The notes under the pieces: generated by a model
Database searches by the model: none
The model's input: only the letters and a program-made list of their open reading frames with translations
Told to the model about the DNA's origin: nothing
Position numbers and translations under genes: made by a program
IMG/VR virus record: IMGVR_UViG_3300033146_005950
Coordinates: 1-64,000 of that record
Direction: 5' to 3' (one strand)
DNA from: a virus
Length of the DNA stretch: 64,000 nucleotides
In this document: positions 57,212 to 64,000 of the stretch, in pieces
Layout of the letters: each line of letters begins with the position of its first letter
Position numbering within the stretch: the stretch's first letter is position 1

Positions 57212-58105
57212 TTAAAACCATTTCCCAACTGTGTTTGAATTTCTTGGCGGTTGTTTATGTTCATCAGAATCATCATAAATGACTTCATCTCTTCTGTCTT
57301 TTATATAATCTTTTATATCAAAAATATCATCTGCGTTTTCTTGGTCAACATAATCGCCAATTTGGTCTTGCATAACATCTGCCATATCATATTTATTATC
57401 AATACCTTGATGATTGTCAATATATTTTCTAATACTTAAAGTCCAGTATGCTTGACGACTTAAAAAATCGCCTGCTTCGGTTGCTCCGTCATCTACAAAA
57501 ACTATTTTATATAATACTTCATCTAAACGAGATTTAATTAAGTCTCCAATTTTTGGTGCATCTAAAGATTCAAAAATTTTACTATCATCAATTAAAAATC
57601 CTTTATCTGGGCTTGTCGTTTCATCTGATTTTTTTGATGCGTATTTTGAAGCTTCTTTAAAATGTAATTTAGGAACGTGAATTGTTCCAATATTCATATC
57701 TTCAATTCCATACGCACTAAAATTACTTGTATGGTCTGGCACATCTTCATACTCAATCATTAAATTAAATGATCTTACAATTTTTGTATCCTGGTCATTA
57801 CTTTCTAATATATTTTGATTTCCATTTTTATCAAACTCAGTAACAAAATACTCTGCAATATTTCCATTTATTACTGTTTTTTCTGATGCGATTCTTGCGT
57901 AAGTTAAAGCATCTGTTTTATATTTTTCAGTTTCTTTTAATAACAATTGGTTAGGCATAACTGTTATTGGATTATTTTCAGTTGGGTAAAGTTCTATTTT
58001 ATCATAAAAAGAGCCAAACTCATCTACAAACGGAATTAATTTAATTGATAATTCAGAAGGCTTTGAATCTTTAAGTGGCTCTTTATTAAGATTTTTTGTT
58101 ATCAT
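57212..58105 (-). CDS. neck/head completion protein (gp14-like)
   Basis: F..YGI, PKIGDLI....LY.I.FVD.....F....YW.L..RKY pattern. Confidence 0.6.
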   Translation of the reverse strand: MITKNLNKEPLKDSKPSELSIKLIPFVDEFGSFYDKIELYPTENNPITVMPNQLLLKETEKYKTDALTYARIASEKTVINGNIAEYFVTEFDKNGNQNILESNDQDTKIVRSFNLMIEYEDVPDHTSNFSAYGIEDMNIGTIHVPKLHFKEASKYASKKSDETTSPDKGFLIDDSKIFESLDAPKIGDLIKSRLDEVLYKIVFVDDGATEAGDFLSRQAYWTLSIRKYIDNHQGIDNKYDMADVMQDQIGDYVDQENADDIFDIKDYIKDRRDEVIYDDSDEHKQPPRNSNTVGKWF

Positions 58106-58557
58106 TAATCCACCGCAATTAATATATTATGTTCTGTTTTTGATTGAGGTAATGCAAATAAAACATCAGAATTTTTTACAATTGATTTATTTCCATATAA
58201 ATATGTAAGTATTACATAATTATTTTTAATTATTGCAACTCCATAAACTTCAAAGTTAAAATTATTATTAATAAAAATAATATCGTCACAAGAAATGTAA
58301 ATTCCGTCGTCATCTTTTTTATTTGGGTTATTTATAAGTTGGCCGCCAAGCGTATAACCTGTTTCAGAGTCACTAACTTCAAATTGTTTTATATCAATTG
58401 CAGAACCTGTATTATATTCTGTGTAAGTCTTAATATTTCTTTGTTCTTCTTTAGTCAGTTGCTTTAATAAAATCACCCTTGAGCCAACAAATTCATTTAA
58501 TAATGAGTCTGCAATTAAGTGTCTAAACGCGTTACTTTTTACAGCGTTTGCTACCAT
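58105..58557 (-). CDS. hypothetical (probable virion) protein
   Basis: EVS...TGYTLGG motif; in late operon. Confidence 0.55.
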   Translation of the reverse strand: MVANAVKSNAFRHLIADSLLNEFVGSRVILLKQLTKEEQRNIKTYTEYNTGSAIDIKQFEVSDSETGYTLGGQLINNPNKKDDDGIYISCDDIIFINNNFNFEVYGVAIIKNNYVILTYLYGNKSIVKNSDVLFALPQSKTEHNILIAVD

Positions 58558-59120
58558 CTTGCCTCCTCGTCCTCATAATCATCATAATCATCATCATAAT
58601 CCAAATAATCATCTTTATCTGGAAAGGGGTTATTTTTATGTGTTTTTAAATATTTTTGTTTTGCTTCATACTCTTTATCAATTTCTTCTTCATAATAATC
58701 AATTATATCTTCAACAGCATCTTTTATTGCAACTGATAATGATTTTGAAGCTATATCGTAAATTATATCCCCGACTAAATTTCTAAATTTGGTTGAGGAC
58801 AAATAGTTTTCAATCTCATTTGTAATATCAATAGAATTAGTTTGTTTATTAAACGGCCCTCTTTTAATTTTTTGCTTAGGACTTTTTTGTGTTGGTGTTG
58901 CTGAGAAAGAACTTAAAAATTCTTTCATATTTTCAGCGTCAGTATTTTGAGTGTTAGGCGTTGTTGGTAAAGGTACTGTTGGTAAAGGCGCAACGTTTTG
59001 TTCAGGTATTGCAGACTCTTCTACAACATTTGTATCATTTTTGTTTTCTGTTTTAACACCAGCACCTGATTCCACAACAGATTTAATTTTCTCAGTAATA
59101 TCAATTGTTTTTTCTGACAT
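58551..59120 (-). CDS. hypothetical protein with acidic C-terminus
   Basis: AGGAG SD; AATAAATA at 59146. Confidence 0.6.
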   Translation of the reverse strand: MSEKTIDITEKIKSVVESGAGVKTENKNDTNVVEESAIPEQNVAPLPTVPLPTTPNTQNTDAENMKEFLSSFSATPTQKSPKQKIKRGPFNKQTNSIDITNEIENYLSSTKFRNLVGDIIYDIASKSLSVAIKDAVEDIIDYYEEEIDKEYEAKQKYLKTHKNNPFPDKDDYLDYDDDYDDYEDEEARW

Positions 59121-59140
59121 TTCTTTGTCTCCTATAATTT

Positions 59141-60724
59141 TTAATTATTTATTTTTGCAAGTTCACTATATTTTATATTTTGTTCTTGCCAATCATACTT
59201 TTCTTTTTTATAATGTAATTGTCTTTTAATGTAATGTTTATAAGCGTGGTTTGCAGTTCTATCGTTTAATACTCCATTTTTATTTATTTCTCTAAAATCA
59301 TCAACAATATCAAACAAGAAAAATTTATTTACACCATTTTTAACTTTTCTTAAACCTCTACCAATTGATTGCAATACTTTAAATTTACTTTTATAACTTG
59401 ATAAGAAAAAACCTATTTGTAAATTTTTAATATTAAAACCAGTTGAAACCGTTGCGTAAGTGGCAACTAATATTGCTCTTTTTGATTTTTCAACCTTTGC
59501 CCTAATTTTATCACGTTCTTTTGCAGAGACTCCACCGTATATTAAACTGACTTCACTATCTGGAAATAACGATTTTAATTTTGAAACAGTTTCTTTTAAA
59601 TGGTCTATCTTTTTTACTAACACAATAACATTTGCATCTGTCAATTCTTTGGTTTTCCATAAACTTTCAACTTGAGGTTTTATAACATTTGTTCTGTGTT
59701 CTAAAGTTTCAATATATTCCATTTCATTCGCAAACTCCCTTGATCTGCCATATTTTTTAATTTCTTCAGGATATTTTATAATTAAAGACTTTATAAATAG
59801 TTTAGATGTTAAATTCATATCTTCAAGTTCTTTTGCTGATATATCAACTAACACAGGTCCTAAATAAGCAAATACTGTATATAAACCAACTTTATCCTCA
59901 GACGCATTATGTAATGTTCCAGTATAACCTAATTTATAAGTGCAGCTCATTTTTGATAAAATATTTTTTAATGAAGTCGCCGCATTGCCGTGGCTTTCAT
60001 CTGTTAAGACTGCATTAAATTGATTTAGCCAATCTGCAGATTTTTTAGTAATGCTTTGCCAAGTTGTAATTAATAATTTTTTATCAAAATTATCATTTAT
60101 TCTTTTACGTTCTTTTGCAGGTATTTCAGATGAAAGAACATCAACATTATTATCAATATCTTTCCAATTATAGCTTTTCATATCCCCGTACATCTGATTT
60201 ACTAAACCTTTATTTGGAACAATTAATAAAACTTTTTTTGCTTCACCTGATGCTAATAAATATCTAACTGTTGCATATTGTATATAAGATTTGCCGCCGC
60301 CCATTGAGATTCTTATAATACCTCTTTTATGATTTATGCCCTTATATAATGATTCGACTTGAAACGGGTGAGATTTAAATTCTTGTTGTTCATCAAGCAT
60401 ATCCATAAATAGTTTTGCTTTTTTTCTTGTAATAACATCTGGGTTATTAAATGTTTTTTTAACATCAAAATTAAAAGTATATTTTATATTGTTTGCTTCA
60501 CAATAATTTAATAAAATATTCCAAAGCCCGATTGGTAATGCTCCTTTAGCCCTATCAAAAAATCTTACTTTACCATCCCATATTTTATTTCTAAATCTCG
60601 GGCTGAATTGAGCACCAGGTTTAAATATTGCAAAGTGATTTGAAATAGCATTTAAAACAGAAGTATCTGTCGAAGTTATTTTAAAATATATTGAATTATA
60701 CTTACTTATAAATATTTCTGACAT
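59141..60724 (-). CDS. uvsW: SF2 DNA helicase UvsW
   Basis: FSPRF...WDGKVRFF, GGGKS, LLIVP..LV.QM..D, TWQS, DESH, TGT, STGFNIKNL, LQSIGRGLR. Confidence 0.95.
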   Translation of the reverse strand: MSEIFISKYNSIYFKITSTDTSVLNAISNHFAIFKPGAQFSPRFRNKIWDGKVRFFDRAKGALPIGLWNILLNYCEANNIKYTFNFDVKKTFNNPDVITRKKAKLFMDMLDEQQEFKSHPFQVESLYKGINHKRGIIRISMGGGKSYIQYATVRYLLASGEAKKVLLIVPNKGLVNQMYGDMKSYNWKDIDNNVDVLSSEIPAKERKRINDNFDKKLLITTWQSITKKSADWLNQFNAVLTDESHGNAATSLKNILSKMSCTYKLGYTGTLHNASEDKVGLYTVFAYLGPVLVDISAKELEDMNLTSKLFIKSLIIKYPEEIKKYGRSREFANEMEYIETLEHRTNVIKPQVESLWKTKELTDANVIVLVKKIDHLKETVSKLKSLFPDSEVSLIYGGVSAKERDKIRAKVEKSKRAILVATYATVSTGFNIKNLQIGFFLSSYKSKFKVLQSIGRGLRKVKNGVNKFFLFDIVDDFREINKNGVLNDRTANHAYKHYIKRQLHYKKEKYDWQEQNIKYSELAKINN

Positions 60725-60869
60725 TTATTTTATTTCCTTTACGAGACTTTTTTGAATACTTATTTTTACTCTCAATTGACTTTTTAAAAATTCCTGTTCT
60801 ATCAAACTTATAATTTGTTTTAATTTCATAGCGATTACTTCTATCAATAGGCATATCAAAAATTCCTTT

Positions 60870-61121
60870 TTAATAGGGGTTTGTATTATGGTTAGTATTT
60901 GGGTTCATTAACGCTTGGTTTATTTTATCAATTTTTTTATTATGCTGATATGTCCCTGGCACAGAAGGAGCAAAGAATGAAAATGTTTCAACCTTCTCTA
61001 ATTTACTTTTATTGCATTTAGGGCAAATCTCAGGGTGCCAATTTGTTTTTGATACAGAGGAGCTCTCAATATATTCGTTTTGAAAACCACAAACTGGACA
61101 TTTATATTCTCTAATAGCCAT
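60870..61121 (-). CDS. FmdB-like zinc-ribbon protein
   Basis: M.I.EYKCPVCG...E....CPKC....LEK. Confidence 0.75.
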   Translation of the reverse strand: MAIREYKCPVCGFQNEYIESSSVSKTNWHPEICPKCNKSKLEKVETFSFFAPSVPGTYQHNKKIDKINQALMNPNTNHNTNPY

Positions 61122-61136
61122 TTTTAAAAATATCTC

Positions 61137-61901
61137 CTATGCTTTAATGAAAGAAATTTTTCTTTCGTTCTTTATTAAATTAGCTAAAGTTTTTGAATTA
61201 TATTCTATAAAATTATTATTATTTACATTTGTATATTCAATCACAATATTACCACATTCAGGACAGTTAAAGTTCTTAGTAGGAATATCGTGCTCAGTCT
61301 TAAAGAAATGAGGGTTCCCACAAAAAGGACACTCAAAATATAGAAAATTTGTAAGTATAAAATCTTCAGATTGAATGAACTCATTTTCAATGCTTGAGTG
61401 CTGAGAAAAAGCATTAAATAATATTTTATTTGCATTTTCAACAGTCATATCATTTTTTATTTTTCCGTTAGGTAATACACCAGAATGTTCAGTAGAACTT
61501 AACATTGATAAAGATATAAAAATGTTTAAAGTTGAAAAATATGAATATGCATTAGCAATAATACTATTTATCTTGTCATCATCATATTCATCTTCATCAT
61601 CTAAATTTTCATCAAAAAATTCACCTTCAAATACATTATCTGACCGCTGTGTATCTTCTTCAATTAAACCTGCATCAAATAAAAAATCTATTGCTATTTC
61701 AGGCAAGACTTGAGATAATGCTTCATAATAATTTATTTTAGCAAATCTAAATCCTTTAATATAATTTATTAAAGTTTCTCTGTTTTTAATTGAAAACGGT
61801 ACCCAAATCTGAAGTTCTCCATTTTTATTTTTTTGAAAATCATAATGTTTCATTTTTAGTAAATTAATTTTATTAAAAATCTTATTAAGTATTTTTTTCA
61901 T
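61137..61901 (-). CDS. hypothetical protein with C-terminal zinc ribbon
   Basis: CPFCG...CPECG. Confidence 0.6.
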   Translation of the reverse strand: MKKILNKIFNKINLLKMKHYDFQKNKNGELQIWVPFSIKNRETLINYIKGFRFAKINYYEALSQVLPEIAIDFLFDAGLIEEDTQRSDNVFEGEFFDENLDDEDEYDDDKINSIIANAYSYFSTLNIFISLSMLSSTEHSGVLPNGKIKNDMTVENANKILFNAFSQHSSIENEFIQSEDFILTNFLYFECPFCGNPHFFKTEHDIPTKNFNCPECGNIVIEYTNVNNNNFIEYNSKTLANLIKNERKISFIKA

Positions 61902-62314
61902 TTCACTTTCCTCTTTATTTTGCCGTGTTCATACTTACTTGTTATAAATTTAATTTGTTCATCTGTCAATTGATTATAATAAATTAATGCTTCTCTTGGA
62001 GAAATTTCATAATATTTAGAAATACATTCAATCGAAAAATCTCTATCATTATTCTTATCTTTTTTTGATTTTATATAATTAAATCTATGAAATGCTTTTG
62101 GAAACACACTTTTATAAAAATTATAATGTGCTTTTTTAGGTATATTACCATTACTTACTTGATTAATTGCATTTGCTAAATTTAAATGTAAATTAGACAT
62201 CGACACAAATCTCGTTATCATATAAGGCGAATATGATGATTCTTGTTCTTCATCAAACTCAGCTTTAGTTTGTGTGATGTCTCTTAACCAATCAAATAAT
62301 TGTTTTTTTGCCAT
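61898..62314 (-). CDS. gp62: clamp loader small subunit
   Basis: LFDWL..I...K, YSPYMI.RF.S, AN..NQ, HY.FY, KYYEIS.REA..Y. Confidence 0.85.
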   Translation of the reverse strand: MAKKQLFDWLRDITQTKAEFDEEQESSYSPYMITRFVSMSNLHLNLANAINQVSNGNIPKKAHYNFYKSVFPKAFHRFNYIKSKKDKNNDRDFSIECISKYYEISPREALIYYNQLTDEQIKFITSKYEHGKIKRKVK

Positions 62315-62346
62315 TTTTTAACAGTCTCCTTTTTTTCAATTATTTA

Positions 62347-62382
62347 AATATATAATTTTATTTTTCAAAATAAAATAGAAAA
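62347..62382 (-). promoter_or_regulatory. palindromic middle-type promoter upstream of gp62/uvsW
   Basis: Same motif as 10400-10435. Confidence 0.65.
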
Positions 62383-62445
62383 GGTCAGAAATATTTTAAA
62401 ATATTCCCAACCTAATCTAATTTTAAAAACATTAAAAGTCTTTAA

Positions 62446-63021
62446 TTAAAATACAAACTCATAATCATCAATTTTGAACACAATATCATAAACTATTTTC
62501 TCAGCACCGTCTGCCGCGAGAGACACTTCAGGAACTGATGTAGGCCAAAGATTTTTAAGTTTTATCTTTTGCAATGGAGTCATATCGTACTTAAAAGTTG
62601 TTATAAATGCAGTAACTGCAAAACCGCCTTCTTTATGACTAAAACCAGGTAATGCTCCACCAGTTGAAGTTTTTTCTTTATTGATATTCTGAATCACTTC
62701 TCCCCAGTTCTCAAATAGTTTTCGTACTGCGCCTGTGTTACCATCTTCTTCAAACTGAACTGTAATATCAGTCACTGGTACTTTTTTACCAGGGTGCCAA
62801 ATTTGGTCTCCCATATAATCAGACTGTATTGGATCAATTGTCCATCCTGGTATATTTACTGCTCTTACTGAAGTTGTAAAACCTTCAGGTTGCCCGATTG
62901 TACTTGGCATACCAGCAATACCATTTAGTCTTGAAATTTCAGGAATACTAAATTCATATAACCAACTACGCTGTACATCTCTTGTTTGTATTGAAGTTTG
63001 AGGCACTGTAAATCCTGCCAT
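62446..63021 (-). CDS. gp19: tail tube protein
   Basis: AVNIPG, MG.....PG, ITVQFEED, FENW, LWPTSV.EVSL, F.IDDYE; late promoter at 63087. Confidence 0.85.
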   Translation of the reverse strand: MAGFTVPQTSIQTRDVQRSWLYEFSIPEISRLNGIAGMPSTIGQPEGFTTSVRAVNIPGWTIDPIQSDYMGDQIWHPGKKVPVTDITVQFEEDGNTGAVRKLFENWGEVIQNINKEKTSTGGALPGFSHKEGGFAVTAFITTFKYDMTPLQKIKLKNLWPTSVPEVSLAADGAEKIVYDIVFKIDDYEFVF

Positions 63022-63286
63022 AATCTCTCCTTTTTAAAAATATTTTTATATCATACAAAATTAATTTCGGTTCTTTTTTATAATTCTATTTATTTTTATT
63101 AAAGAAAGATAATTTTGATTTTTTATTAGAAAAATGACTCAAAACCAAAATCGTTGCCAAAAGATTCTTCAAGTGCTGCGCCGAGTGCTTCAGCTTCTTC
63201 AATATCTTCTTCTGTAATATTAATTTCTTCAACACTATTATTTTTTTCTTCAACAATAGTTTGTTTTTTATTTTGTTTCTTTTTCA

Positions 63287-64000
63287 TTAATCTTCTCCTT
63301 TTAATTTAAGATATTCTTTTCTTTCAAATATATTCTCAGATTTTATAATATCAGGAACAAAGTCTGATATTACAACCGTCTCAACATCTTTGTTCAATAA
63401 TAACCTGCTTCTACCAATTGCTTGAACCATTTCAGAATTTATATCGTCTAATTGTGTTTTTCTAAGTCCAGTGTCAAGAAATGTAAAAAACTTAAAATAA
63501 TGTTTTCCATTTTTAACACCCATTGTTGATTTAGAAAATGTATTTGGCAAAGTCAATTTAGTTTTATTTTTATTATTTTTATTATTAAAATTTAATTTAG
63601 CAATATGTTTCAATATATAAAATTGTTCAGGTTTCCTAAATGTTGCTGCAACGACTGTGTTCTTACCGCTTAATGAATTGTATCCGGAAGTATTGCCCAT
63701 ATAAATTTTATAATGTTCATCAAAATTCATTTCGCTTGCATATTTTTTATATGTAATTATGTCGTCCGCGCCCGCTAATTCTGCTATTTCGGCGATTTGT
63801 TTTTTTAAATATTTGTTTTTATTAAAATTTACTTTCCCGGTTGGAATTTTTACTTGATTTAGTTCTCCTAATAATTCCATTTCAATTTCATAAACATTAA
63901 CTTTTCTATCTTTATAATATTTTTCATAAAAATCTGTATCAATTGTCGCGGATAATATTACAATTGTTTGAGAAGGAAGTTCTCTTACTGATGCAAATGT
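63287..64000 (-). CDS. SF2 helicase-like protein, C-terminal part (runs off window)
   Basis: Frame open to the window edge; ILSAT (motif III-like) and QAIGRSR (motif VI-like). Confidence 0.55.
   Translation of the reverse strand, partial: TFASVRELPSQTIVILSATIDTDFYEKYYKDRKVNVYEIEMELLGELNQVKIPTGKVNFNKNKYLKKQIAEIAELAGADDIITYKKYASEMNFDEHYKIYMGNTSGYNSLSGKNTVVAATFRKPEQFYILKHIAKLNFNNKNNKNKTKLTLPNTFSKSTMGVKNGKHYFKFFTFLDTGLRKTQLDDINSEMVQAIGRSRLLLNKDVETVVISDFVPDIIKSENIFERKEYLKLKGED

Noticed and set aside
1-64000. Stop-codon reassignment or tRNA genes
   Set aside because: Core genes are intact in the standard code and the breaks coincide with intein ends; no tRNA cloverleaf was recognised by eye.

Overview
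A 64 kb, very AT-rich segment of a large, divergent T4-like (myovirus-type) phage genome. The replication block contains class II RNR, gp44, gp45, gp32, a gp33-like gene, gp41, UvsX, a RuvC-like resolvase and DNA ligase, with UvsW and gp62 far away. There is a + strand baseplate block, a cluster of modular fibre genes, the head block (gp23, gp22, gp21, gp20) and the tail tube gene. Main observations: (1) two essential genes, RNR and UvsX, are each fractured into two ORFs carrying naturally split inteins; one is separated by an intact free-standing homing endonuclease and the other by only a probable relic; (2) three non-autonomous IS200/IS605-type elements are present, one 204 bp long and resembling a TnpB omega-RNA scaffold, the other two only 46 bp; (3) three promoter classes can be read from repeats: an early ~180 bp module with paired IHF-consensus sites, a palindromic module upstream of replication genes, and AATAAATA late promoters; (4) a 1.3 kb gene-free region holds a candidate structured RNA and iteron-like repeats; (5) repeat-protein paralogue arrays show signs of recent recombination; (6) a late-expressed HD (p)ppGpp-hydrolase-like gene has a possible head-protease cleavage leader. 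All calls come from reading motifs by eye; no database searches were run.
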